From Enterobacteria phage P922: a stretch of DNA of 64,000 nt. Shown here in pieces: positions 34,254-44,154 of this stretch (positions are counted from its first letter, which is position 1; each line of letters starts with the position of its first letter). The stretch lies in the sequence record OR999189.1. One strand, given 5' to 3'. The position numbers were made by a program, and so were the translations under genes. The notes under the pieces were generated by a model. That model searched no databases and was not told the origin of the DNA. It saw nothing but the letters and a program-made list of their open reading frames with translations.

Positions 34254-34760
34254 ATGATGGATTTACAGCTTATTACTACTGAAATGGTCGTTGAAGCATA
34301 TGGTGATACTACAGATGGGATTTCTGTATTTAAAGGAAATCGTCGAGTTGGATATATCACCGATCTTAAGAAAGATTTAGCTAAGCAAGTCAAGCGGAAA
34401 ACGACCATTAAAGAATATCGAAATCGTCGTCTTGAGCAAGCCCGTGATATGCTTCCTGATGCGGTTGAGGAGATGAAAGTCTTTTTAGAAAATCAGCTTG
34501 CGAAATATGATTGCGAAGTATTCATTAATCAGACTCAACCTAATGTTCACATTAATAGCTGTAAATGCTACATCATCGTTAATCCTTTGACGGGAAAACA
34601 TCGTCTTGGAATTAGCAATCCAAATCGTAGTGCATCAGATATGGCAGAAGATGTTGAGGCATGCTTTAAAATTTCTAAATCTCCAGCTGAACATCATATT
34701 TTAATTAACGGTCTTTCTCAAGACGATATTGTAGAGGTTATTAAAACTTTATGCATGTAA
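34254..34760 (+). CDS. alc: Alc (blocks host transcription elongation on dC-DNA)
   Basis: 168 aa; size and position between rnlA and pseT cluster as T4 alc. Confidence 0.65.
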   Translation: MMDLQLITTEMVVEAYGDTTDGISVFKGNRRVGYITDLKKDLAKQVKRKTTIKEYRNRRLEQARDMLPDAVEEMKVFLENQLAKYDCEVFINQTQPNVHINSCKCYIIVNPLTGKHRLGISNPNRSASDMAEDVEACFKISKSPAEHHILINGLSQDDIVEVIKTLCM

Positions 34761-35104
34761 GTAATTTTACAGCTGGATTGCTATTACTTGTAATAGCATT
34801 TGGCGGAACTTCTTTAATTTTAAAAAGTAAAATTGAAAGATTAGAAACGTCTGTTGTAGAAATTACAAAAACGGCCAATGAAAACGCTTTAGCATTAAAT
34901 AATTTGCGAATTCAGTATAATTATATTGATGCGATGAATAATAAAAATCGTGAGGCAATTGCTGCTATTGAGCGTGAAAATGAAAAACTGCGCAAAGATG
35001 CAAAGAAGGCGGATGTGGTGGCTAATAAGCCAGGATTGGTTGAAAAACAAATCAACAACTCCTTCAACAAGTTCGCAGAAGACATCCAGGACCTTTCTAA
35101 ATGA
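34751..35104 (+). CDS. membrane-anchored coiled-coil protein (117 aa)
   Basis: N-terminal TM segment (GLLLLVIAFGGTSLIL). Confidence 0.5.
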   Translation: MHVSNFTAGLLLLVIAFGGTSLILKSKIERLETSVVEITKTANENALALNNLRIQYNYIDAMNNKNREAIAAIERENEKLRKDAKKADVVANKPGLVEKQINNSFNKFAEDIQDLSK

Positions 35105-35400
35105 TTAAACTATCAGCAGTAATATTATCTATTGGTCTTCTAGTTGGTTGTTCGACAAAGCCTCTAGAAGTAAAGAAAGAAACAGTTCATCCTAATTGGC
35201 CTGTGCAAATAAAGTCATATGACGAAGCTAAACTATCTTGGCAAGTTAAAGTTATTGATGGTAAAGCTTGGGTCGGTATGCCATTCGAAGATTCTCAGGA
35301 ATTTCGTATTTGGCTTAATGATGTAAAACGATATGTACATGACCAAAAAACTATGATATGTTATTATCGTCAAGAGCTAAAAGAGGATAAATGTAAATGA
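35101..35400 (+). CDS. predicted lipoprotein (99 aa)
   Basis: signal peptide with lipobox LLVGC. Confidence 0.5.
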   Translation: MIKLSAVILSIGLLVGCSTKPLEVKKETVHPNWPVQIKSYDEAKLSWQVKVIDGKAWVGMPFEDSQEFRIWLNDVKRYVHDQKTMICYYRQELKEDKCK

Positions 35401-35623
35401 TTTCATGGCATCAATTTGAACATCTCAAAGGATTGATTTATGAATCTGAGATGGCTGCAATGATTTATGGACGCCAGATTCAACGATTAGAATCTTTACC
35501 TCCAACTAATGATGTTTTATTAGCTCAATCACGTGCTAATCTCAAAAATGAATATCAAAATAAGTGGGGCAAAGCATCTAAAGACCTGCATGATTATATT
35601 CAATCATTGGTTGAGAAAAATAA

Positions 35624-35627
<4 letters not shown>
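35397..35627 (+). CDS. hypothetical protein (76 aa)
   Basis: ATGA-coupled ORF. Confidence 0.45.
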
Positions 35628-36845
<1,218 letters not shown>

Positions 36846-36846
<1 letters not shown>

Positions 36847-37043
36847 TGGCTTGGCATCATGAAACTTGGTCTATTGTTATTGTAAATAGCGGTTTAGTTG
36901 GTACTAGTAATGGGCAATTTTGTGTTTTCACTAGTGAAAACAGAGCTTGGGAGGAATGTCTTAAATTAAGAGAAAAGAATCCTGATGTTGAACTAACAGT
37001 AAAGAAAACTAAACTGCCTTTACCATGGAAAACTTATGAATAA
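36846..37043 (+). CDS. hypothetical protein (65 aa)
   Basis: TAATG-coupled to pseT. Confidence 0.4.
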
Positions 37044-37236
37044 TCTAGAAAAGATTTATCGACTTTGTGATAAAATTGAAAAAGAAAAGAAATATCTATT
37101 TTGTTTATGGCCTATTGTAGATGGAAGAGTAGGCTTAGATGTTCTTGATTATGAAACAGAAGACAAAGTAGATGGTTCAATTTTTGATAACGCTTTGGAT
37201 GTTATTGATTGGCTTGAAGAAAATTATGTGAGGTAA
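37036..37236 (+). CDS. hypothetical acidic protein (66 aa)
   Basis: coupled ORF. Confidence 0.4.
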   Translation: MNNLEKIYRLCDKIEKEKKYLFCLWPIVDGRVGLDVLDYETEDKVDGSIFDNALDVIDWLEENYVR

Positions 37237-37238
37237 AT

Positions 37239-37514
37239 ATGTTTCCGACTTACTCTAAAATCGTAGAAGTAGTGTTTAGCCAAATTATCGCTAATAACAT
37301 GTTTGAAAAGCTTGATAACGCAGCTGAGCTTCGAATTCATGCTCAAGTGACTCATGTATTGAACGCTTTGCTTCCAGACCAAGTGGATTCTATTGCAATT
37401 ACGCTGTATCCAGGTTCCGCGCATATCATTGTCGTATTCGGTCTTGATGCTGAGCTAGTCATCAAAGGCGATATTCGTTTTGAATCGCAGACAGCAGAAT
37501 TCAAAGCAATTTAA
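37239..37514 (+). CDS. hypothetical protein (91 aa)
   Basis: ORF with SD. Confidence 0.4.
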   Translation: MFPTYSKIVEVVFSQIIANNMFEKLDNAAELRIHAQVTHVLNALLPDQVDSIAITLYPGSAHIIVVFGLDAELVIKGDIRFESQTAEFKAI

Positions 37515-37550
37515 CAGTTTACTTTAAGGTAGAGTTGTGATATTATAGCT
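37515..37550 (+). promoter_or_regulatory. T4-type early promoter with -10 flanked by inverted repeat
   Basis: GTTTACTTTAAGGTAGAGTTGTGATATTATAGCTCTACC. Confidence 0.5.
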
Positions 37551-37576
37551 CTACCAAAACAAATGAGGAAATTGAA

Positions 37577-38104
37577 ATGAGCGAATGGTTTGAAGAAGAT
37601 AAGGTTTATCGCTTTAAAGCTGGATATAAAGATATTTTTAATGAAACTTGTGGGGCTAATAAACGAATTGCCCAGTTTATTGGGGAAAATTCATTTAAAG
37701 TAAAAATAGATCCTGCGAAAAATGTTATTAGTATTAAACGCGAAATTGACGATTGCTGGTATAAAGCTGTTGATGTAATGGGCGAATCTTATAAAGATAG
37801 CCCGCTATTTTCAATTACTTATATGTCAGAATATTATTTTTTCGAAGAAGTTCAAAAAGATGACTCTATCAGTAAATTTGAAATTAAAACTGATAAAGAA
37901 ATTAAGTGGAAAGTAGTAGGTATTACTGGTTGTATGTTTTATATCTATGCTCAAACTGATACGAAGGAAGAAGCTAAAAAGAAAGCTCTAGAATATCTTG
38001 AAGAGTATGAAGAAGGCCCGGTAATGATTACCCAAGATGCCGAATTAGTTTCTGTCAAATTAGTTAAAAACGTTGAAAGTAAGGAGCTAGGATCAACATG
38101 CTAA
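37577..38104 (+). CDS. hypothetical protein (175 aa)
   Basis: GAGGAAATTGAAATG start. Confidence 0.5.
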   Translation: MSEWFEEDKVYRFKAGYKDIFNETCGANKRIAQFIGENSFKVKIDPAKNVISIKREIDDCWYKAVDVMGESYKDSPLFSITYMSEYYFFEEVQKDDSISKFEIKTDKEIKWKVVGITGCMFYIYAQTDTKEEAKKKALEYLEEYEEGPVMITQDAELVSVKLVKNVESKELGSTC

Positions 38105-38334
38105 GCGAAAAACCAATTACTGTTAAAGAATTCCAAGAAAAAGTTAAACTATTTGCTCAGGAATTGGTAAATAAGGTTTCTGAACGATTTCCTGAAACAT
38201 CGGTTCGTGTTATTACCGAAACTCCTCGTTCAGTATTAGTAATTGTGAATCCAGGCGATGGTGACCAAATAACACATCTTAAACTGGATTTTGATGGATT
38301 AGTTGAAGCACAAAGGGTGTATGGCGTACTATGA
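38098..38334 (+). CDS. hypothetical protein (78 aa)
   Basis: coupled ORF. Confidence 0.45.
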   Translation: MLSEKPITVKEFQEKVKLFAQELVNKVSERFPETSVRVITETPRSVLVIVNPGDGDQITHLKLDFDGLVEAQRVYGVL

Positions 38335-38669
38335 TGAATTTAACTGATATAATTGATAATTGTCTTGAAAATGATACTGGCGATCATAGAGCGCTTGATT
38401 CTGAAACAGCACAGTTCATTAGAATAACTTTAATGAATGATACTCTAGTGAATAGTATTCATCCTTCTGTGTATGATGCTATTATTGTGACGAAGTATCC
38501 AGTTGAGCTTCACAAAAAGATGGCTGGTGCAATTTTTATTGATAAGAAAAACCGCTTTAAAGATGGGCAGAATATAATTAGTTCTGTTATTAAAAGTATA
38601 ACTAAACTTCGCCACGAAATTTATCGTGTTGAAACTGCTAAATCTGCTTATCTGGTGATTATGAAATGA
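38331..38669 (+). CDS. hypothetical protein (112 aa)
   Basis: coupled ORF. Confidence 0.45.
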   Translation: MMNLTDIIDNCLENDTGDHRALDSETAQFIRITLMNDTLVNSIHPSVYDAIIVTKYPVELHKKMAGAIFIDKKNRFKDGQNIISSVIKSITKLRHEIYRVETAKSAYLVIMK

Positions 38670-39247
38670 AAGCGAGTACAGTACTTCAAATTGCATATTT
38701 AGTATCACAAGAATCAAAATGTTGCTCCTGGAAGGTAGGAGCAGTAATTGAAAAGAATGGACGTATTATTTCTACCGGATATAATGGTTCACCTGCAGGT
38801 GGTGTGAACTGTTGTGATTATGCTGCTGAGCAAGGTTGGTTGCTGAATAAACCTAAACATACTATCATTCAAGGTCATAAGCCCGAATGTGTATCATTTG
38901 GTTCAACGGATCGTTTTGTCTTAGCGAAAGAACACCGTAGTGCTCACTCTGAATGGTCGTCTAAAAATGAAATTCATGCTGAACTAAATGCGATTTTGTT
39001 TGCTGCACGAAACGGTTCTTCAATTGAAGGTGCTACTATGTATGTAACACTTTCTCCTTGCCCAGATTGTGCAAAAGCGATAGCTCAATCTGGTATTAAA
39101 AAGCTGGTTTATTGCGAAACATACGATAAAAATAAACCTGGCTGGGATGATATTCTGCGAAATGCGGGTATTGAAGTGTTTAATGTTCCTAAGAAAAACT
39201 TAAATAAGTTAAATTGGGAAAATATCAACGAATTCTGTGGTGAATAA
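38666..39247 (+). CDS. cd: dCMP deaminase
   Basis: 193 aa; zinc-binding HAE...PCxxC deaminase motifs (HAELNAI, SPCPDCAK). Confidence 0.9.
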   Translation: MKASTVLQIAYLVSQESKCCSWKVGAVIEKNGRIISTGYNGSPAGGVNCCDYAAEQGWLLNKPKHTIIQGHKPECVSFGSTDRFVLAKEHRSAHSEWSSKNEIHAELNAILFAARNGSSIEGATMYVTLSPCPDCAKAIAQSGIKKLVYCETYDKNKPGWDDILRNAGIEVFNVPKKNLNKLNWENINEFCGE

Positions 39248-39483
39248 TGAAATTTCGTTTGGTACAGCTCACAGCAATTAGTTCTTATTCTAACGAGAAC
39301 ATTTCATTTGCTGTAGAGTATAAGAAATATTTTTTCTCTAAATGGAAGCAGTATTATAAGTCAGAATGGGTTTGTATTGATAGACCGTATAGTTGGAAAT
39401 CTGATTTAGAAAAATGCCAAAAATTGCTTTCCACTCTTAAAGAACGTGGAACAACTCATATTAAAACTGTAATAGGTAAATAA
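39247..39483 (+). CDS. hypothetical protein (78 aa)
   Basis: TAATG-coupled to cd. Confidence 0.45.
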   Translation: MKFRLVQLTAISSYSNENISFAVEYKKYFFSKWKQYYKSEWVCIDRPYSWKSDLEKCQKLLSTLKERGTTHIKTVIGK

Positions 39484-39792
39484 ATGAAACTGACAACTGA
39501 ACAGAAAGTAGCAATTCGTGAAATTTTGAAAACTAAATTGTCCATGGGTATTTCAAACGTGGTTTTTGAAAAGTCTGATGGTACTATTCGTACTATGAAA
39601 GGCACTCGTGATGCTGACTTTATGCCAACTATGCAAACCGGTAAATTGACTGAATCTACTCGGAAAGAATCTACTGATATGATTCCGGTATTTGATGTTG
39701 AGCTCGGTGCATGGCGAGGTTTTTCTATTGACAAATTGATTTCCGTTAATGGTATGAAAGTTGAGCATTTGCTTCAATTTATTGGTAAATAA
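39484..39792 (+). CDS. hypothetical protein (102 aa)
   Basis: ORF directly after previous stop. Confidence 0.45.
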   Translation: MKLTTEQKVAIREILKTKLSMGISNVVFEKSDGTIRTMKGTRDADFMPTMQTGKLTESTRKESTDMIPVFDVELGAWRGFSIDKLISVNGMKVEHLLQFIGK

Positions 39793-39848
39793 ATGCTTTA
39801 AGAATTATTTGTTATTATTAATTCATCTGTTAACAAAAAGGAAAAACG

Positions 39849-40184
39849 ATGTCTGAAGTACAACAGCTACCAATTCGTGCTGTCGGTGAATATGTTATTT
39901 TAGTTTCTGAACCTGCGCAAGCCGGTGATGAAGAAGTTACAGAATCAGGACTTATTATCGGTAAACGTGTTCAAGGTGAAGTTCCTGAACTGTGTGTAGT
40001 TCACTCCGTTGGTCCTGATGTTCCTGAAGGTTTCTGCGAAGTTGGTGATTTGACTTCTCTTCCAGTTGGTCAAATTCGAAACGTTCCGCATCCTTTTGTA
40101 GCTCTGGGACTTAAGCAGCCAAAAGAAATTAAACAAAAATTCGTTACCTGTCACTATAAAGCTATTCCGTGTCTTTATAAGTGA
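39849..40184 (+). CDS. 31: gp31 co-chaperonin (GroES homologue)
   Basis: 111 aa; same length and position as T4 gp31. Confidence 0.85.
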
Positions 40185-40331
40185 TATAAATAATAATATG
40201 AATTGGGTGTCGGAATAATAAGTTAACCGAACAATTCTACGTGGTAGTCTACAACTGAGAGATCTGTCGAAAGAAGATGAAATTCAGAAGAACGTGACTA
40301 CCGAGTTTTAATCTCTAACGAGAATTTTTAA

Positions 40332-40580
40332 ATGATTAAACAATTACAACACGCTCTTGAACTGCAACGAAACGCATGGAATAATGGTCACGAAAACTAT
40401 GGCGCATCTATTGATGTTGAAGCCGAAGCTCTTGAAATCCTGCGTTATTTCAAACATCTGAATCCTGCTCAAACTGCATTAGCTGCTGAGCTTCAGGAAA
40501 AAGATGAACTTAAATATGCTAAGCCTTTGGCTTCTGCCGCACGAAAAGCAGTTCGTCACTTTGTGGTAACACTGAAGTAA
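40332..40580 (+). CDS. rIII: rIII lysis inhibition accessory protein
   Basis: 82 aa, same as T4 RIII; position next to 31. Confidence 0.8.
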   Translation: MIKQLQHALELQRNAWNNGHENYGASIDVEAEALEILRYFKHLNPAQTALAAELQEKDELKYAKPLASAARKAVRHFVVTLK

Positions 40581-40818
40581 TTTATTGGAGATTCACTGCC
40601 TTAGTGTGAGCTAAAATCGAGGAGCCGTCGAACTGTCTGATTAATGATTTGCGAATCATTATAGTTTTAAGACCCCGACAGTTTTACGGTGTACCTCTTG
40701 AATGTTGACGAGGTTTATGGTTATCCTGTCGGTAAATATTCAAAACCTAAGTACCCCTTGAGGGCTTTCGCAGGCAATGCCAATAAGTCCTGCATTTTCA
40801 TTTAAAAGAGAATTTATA

Positions 40819-40995
40819 ATGGCAAAACAAGCTAAAGCAAAGAAAGCAGTTGAAAAGAAAGTTGGTGATTCTAAACGCGCTGGCTACAAGCGTGGGTCGA
40901 ACTCTCGTATCAATCAAACTGTTGAGAAGATCATGCGCCGAGCACGTGCGGTTCTTCGAGATGATGCTTCTCGTTTTGGTAAGCAGAAAGCATAA
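40819..40995 (+). CDS. small basic protein (58 aa)
   Basis: AAAAGAGAATTTATAATG start; Lys/Arg-rich. Confidence 0.4.
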   Translation: MAKQAKAKKAVEKKVGDSKRAGYKRGSNSRINQTVEKIMRRARAVLRDDASRFGKQKA

Positions 40996-40998
40996 GTT

Positions 40999-41029
40999 GA
41001 GGACTCCTTCGGGAGTCCTTTTTTATTTT
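40999..41029 (+). terminator. rho-independent terminator
   Basis: GGACTCC-TTCG-GGAGTCC followed by TTTTTTATTTT. Confidence 0.65.
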
Positions 41030-41044
41030 CCAAAGATTGCACAA

Positions 41045-41085
41045 AGTTGTTTACAGTATGGTTCCTTTGTGATAGTATTATCTTA
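41045..41085 (+). promoter_or_regulatory. T4-type early promoter
   Basis: GTTGTTTACAGTATGGTTCCTTTGTGATAGTATTATCTTACA. Confidence 0.5.
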
Positions 41086-41105
41086 CACAAACAAAGGAGA
41101 ATAAA

Positions 41106-41429
41106 ATGAAAACGATTAATCTGAACGCTACAGTTAAAACTAAATGCTTCAATGGTAAATATGATGAAACTATGTGGTTCTTAATGGCAGTTGAAGGTGA
41201 TATTATTGAAGTAGAAACAACAGAAGGTATGGGAACAGATTTCACCTTTACAATTCAAGTTCATAATTTCTTTACTGGTTGGATTTATGAATTGAATACA
41301 GTAATCGTTGGAAAAATTGAACAAAATGAATTAGGTGAATGGTATTATGTTACAGCGCGCCAACGTGCCGAACGCTTAATTGAGAAGATGAAAAAGTTGG
41401 TAAACTTGACATGCAGCACTGGAAAGTAG
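41106..41429 (+). CDS. hypothetical protein (107 aa)
   Basis: AAGGAGAATAAAATG start. Confidence 0.45.
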   Translation: MKTINLNATVKTKCFNGKYDETMWFLMAVEGDIIEVETTEGMGTDFTFTIQVHNFFTGWIYELNTVIVGKIEQNELGEWYYVTARQRAERLIEKMKKLVNLTCSTGK

Positions 41430-41437
41430 TAAAATAA

Positions 41438-41478
41438 TTGTTTACTTTGGTACAGGATATGATATTATATACCTGTAC
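41438..41478 (+). promoter_or_regulatory. T4-type early promoter; -10 enclosed by perfect 8 bp inverted repeat GGTACAGG/CCTGTACC
   Basis: TTGTTTACTTTGGTACAGGATATGATATTATATACCTGTACC. Confidence 0.5.
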
Positions 41479-41504
41479 CGCAATTAAACATCTCGGAGAA
41501 TAAA

Positions 41505-41870
41505 ATGAACTACATCAACTTTGAACGTAAATATGTTTCTAACGGTATTGCAGGTTCTATTGATACTATCTGCCTTTGGAAACATCAAAATGGATCAGTA
41601 TGCGAAATTGAACAGTATATGACTCCTAATTACGTTTATATGCGATTTGAAAATGGCATCACGGTTTCAATCACGAAAGAAGGTTCTTCTTTTAAAATCG
41701 CATTAGATGATGATTTTCGTCAACGTGATTTAGGTACCCATCCTTGCTGGAACGGCGTTAATCGTAAGCTTCTGGTTAAAACTTGGATTCGTCATATTCT
41801 GAGTAACAGAGCTAAACCTGAGCATCTTGAAGCAATCTTTGATGTAGTTCTTAACGAATTTGATATTTAA
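41505..41870 (+). CDS. hypothetical protein (121 aa)
   Basis: GGAGAATAAAATG start. Confidence 0.45.
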   Translation: MNYINFERKYVSNGIAGSIDTICLWKHQNGSVCEIEQYMTPNYVYMRFENGITVSITKEGSSFKIALDDDFRQRDLGTHPCWNGVNRKLLVKTWIRHILSNRAKPEHLEAIFDVVLNEFDI

Positions 41871-41878
41871 AATAAAAC

Positions 41879-41897
41879 AGGGGCTTCGGCCCCTTAC
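41879..41897 (+). promoter_or_regulatory. intercistronic stem-loop GGGGC-TTCG-GCCCC followed by GAGG SD
   Basis: same cassette as at 3129. Confidence 0.5.
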
Positions 41898-41910
41898 TGA
41901 GGAAAATACT

Positions 41911-42198
41911 ATGTTTATGACTACTTATTTTGATACCCGCAAAAATTTCTGTGAAGTAGTTTTCTCTAAGGCGCCTAAAGACCTTCCTGCTCATTTGCAG
42001 CCTACCAGTGAATCGATTAAAAACTACGTTAATGTAGTCTGCCCTTTAGAGTTCCGTACTGTAAATGGGCGTGATACTCTAGCTATCACTAAACTCAATC
42101 GTGAAATTGACATTGACCCTTCAATTGCGCATGAAATTAATATTTCTGACATTGGTGGTGGTAATGTTAAATCGCACGGATTTCAGATGAGGTTCTAA
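41911..42198 (+). CDS. hypothetical protein (95 aa)
   Basis: ATG after hairpin and GAGGAAAATACT; the longer track ORF would read through the hairpin. Confidence 0.4.
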   Translation: MFMTTYFDTRKNFCEVVFSKAPKDLPAHLQPTSESIKNYVNVVCPLEFRTVNGRDTLAITKLNREIDIDPSIAHEINISDIGGGNVKSHGFQMRF

Positions 42199-42395
42199 TG
42201 AAATTCTTTTTGGGTCAAACTGTTGAATTAAAGGGAGTCGGTATACCTGGATTAATTTCTAAGGTTTTGCCTGCATTTAAATGGAGAGACGTTCAAATAA
42301 AAGAAGCTTATATTGTTTCTTGGGTAGATGGAAATGAAGACCTTCGTATGGGCGATGAATTATCTCCTATCTATGGATTAAAGGAATTAGTATGA
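42198..42395 (+). CDS. hypothetical protein (65 aa)
   Basis: TAATG-coupled. Confidence 0.4.
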   Translation: MKFFLGQTVELKGVGIPGLISKVLPAFKWRDVQIKEAYIVSWVDGNEDLRMGDELSPIYGLKELV

Positions 42396-42598
42396 ATATA
42401 ATTAATAAGATTTTTGGAATTCAGTACATTAAGGTCACATATAAAGTAACATATAAAGGTCCGTATACCGATGAACATGAAGAACCACAAGTTAAGTCTA
42501 TTATATTAGAAAAGGACCCTAACTGGCCAGTTGAATTTCGTCTTCCTTGCTATGGTCATTGGGCTGATGTTGAAATTATAAGTATTGAAAATGTCTGA
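42392..42598 (+). CDS. hypothetical protein (68 aa)
   Basis: ATGA-coupled. Confidence 0.4.
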   Translation: MNIINKIFGIQYIKVTYKVTYKGPYTDEHEEPQVKSIILEKDPNWPVEFRLPCYGHWADVEIISIENV

Positions 42599-43049
42599 GC
42601 TAGAGATAAGAAGCAATTTTAGATGGCCATCATGTGCATTAAGCAATTTCGCTCAATGGCCTTTCGTTATGGATGGTATCCAATTTGGAGGTCTCGAAGG
42701 ATTCCTCCAAGGATGTAAGGTGAAAAATGTTGAGCAGCAAAGACGTATATTTGGGATGTCCGGGCTTGCCGCCCAACAAGCTGGAAGGTCTTATGCTAGA
42801 GCTCAGGACCGTGGGACCCTCTTTTGGCTTGGAGTTCCATTTTCAAGATACTCTCCAGCATGGAAAGAATTATACACAAATGCATATTTTGAAGCAGCAA
42901 TCCAAAACAGGGGCTTTCGTGATGCATTACAAGCCTCAAAAGGAAAAGTTTTGAAGCACAGCATGGCTAGTGGTCTAACAAAAGATGATACAATACTAAC
43001 CGAAGCTGAATTTATTGATGTGTTAAACCTATTAAGAGACTCTCTATGA
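42585..43049 (+). CDS. NADAR / YbiA-like (DUF1768) domain protein
   Basis: 154 aa; SNFAQWPF...GIQFGGLEGFLQGCK resembles the YbiA/NADAR N-glycosidase family; call from pattern memory, not searched. Confidence 0.55.
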   Translation: MKMSELEIRSNFRWPSCALSNFAQWPFVMDGIQFGGLEGFLQGCKVKNVEQQRRIFGMSGLAAQQAGRSYARAQDRGTLFWLGVPFSRYSPAWKELYTNAYFEAAIQNRGFRDALQASKGKVLKHSMASGLTKDDTILTEAEFIDVLNLLRDSL

Positions 43050-43885
43050 AGCCAACTATTTTAACTGATATTGATGGAGTATGTTTAAGCTGGCAATCAG
43101 GCCTTCCTTATTTTGCTCAGAAATATAATCTTCCATTAGAACATATTTTAAAAATGATCCAAGATGAGAAATTTATTTCTCCGGGTAAACTCTTTAATTG
43201 TGACGAAGAACTTGGCGTCAAGTTAATTGAAAAATACAATCGTTCAGATTTTATTCGTTACTTGTCTCCGTATAAAGATGCCCTGTGTGTAATTAACAAA
43301 TTAAAAGAAGATTATAATTTTGTAGCTGTTACAGCATTGGGTGATTCTATTGACGCTCTGTTGAATCGTCAATTTAATTTGAATGCTCTTTTTCCTGGTG
43401 CTTTCTCGGAAGTAATGATGTGTGGTCATGATTCTTCAAAAGAAGAGCTGTTCAAAAAGGCAAAAGAGAAATATAACGTAATTTGTTATATTGACGATCT
43501 CGCTCATCACTGCGATCATGCGAGTGAAATATTAAATGTTCCAGTTTATTGGATGGCTCGAGGAGAGCGTGACAATATTCCAAAAACTGCGCAGCGAGTT
43601 TATACATGGAATGATGTAGAAAATAAGCTTTTTTCACCAAAGGAAAATAAAGAAAGTTTTGATAGTGAAAAAGCTATAAAAGATTTAATTGAGAAGATGG
43701 TTAAAAACGATTCTTTTCCTTGGAACACTACCTGGAGAACGCCTGGATTAAATCCTTATAATCATCTATATCATCCATATCAGACACATCCGTTTCAGAC
43801 ATGGAACTATATTAAACCTGGTGGCATAGAGTATTTGTATAATAGACCTACTAGTGGTGATAATATTTTTCAAGGAGCATTCTAA
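43046..43885 (+). CDS. HAD-superfamily phosphatase-like protein
   Basis: 279 aa; N-terminal LTDIDGV motif typical of HAD hydrolases/nucleotidases. Confidence 0.5.
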   Translation: MKPTILTDIDGVCLSWQSGLPYFAQKYNLPLEHILKMIQDEKFISPGKLFNCDEELGVKLIEKYNRSDFIRYLSPYKDALCVINKLKEDYNFVAVTALGDSIDALLNRQFNLNALFPGAFSEVMMCGHDSSKEELFKKAKEKYNVICYIDDLAHHCDHASEILNVPVYWMARGERDNIPKTAQRVYTWNDVENKLFSPKENKESFDSEKAIKDLIEKMVKNDSFPWNTTWRTPGLNPYNHLYHPYQTHPFQTWNYIKPGGIEYLYNRPTSGDNIFQGAF

Positions 43886-44154
43886 TGTTTGTTGTTCATA
43901 CTATTTATGAAAATGAAGGTAATACTACACGTGATTACGGCCACGTAAATCAATTTTTTAGATGCAATCCAGAATTCCGAGCTCAAAAAGACGAACGAAT
44001 TTTTAAAAAATGTGTAGAACAAGGTTTCATTTACGTCAAGCACTGGATGCAAGGAAATAAAGTTAGAACTACATATCATAAGTCTTTGCCTGAGCTTAAT
44101 GATGAATTGATTTATAATAGAGCTGTAAACCAAACCCTGAAGGATGAGCAATGA
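43885..44154 (+). CDS. hypothetical protein (89 aa)
   Basis: coupled ORF upstream of ligase. Confidence 0.45.
   Translation: MFVVHTIYENEGNTTRDYGHVNQFFRCNPEFRAQKDERIFKKCVEQGFIYVKHWMQGNKVRTTYHKSLPELNDELIYNRAVNQTLKDEQ

Noticed and set aside
40850-41104. 84 aa plus-strand ORF overlapping the small basic ORF, terminator and early promoter
   Set aside because: It reads through a strong terminator hairpin and a promoter and has no ribosome-binding site.
42727-42954. 75 aa alternative-frame ORF inside the NADAR-like gene
   Set aside because: Out-of-frame internal ORF without start signals.
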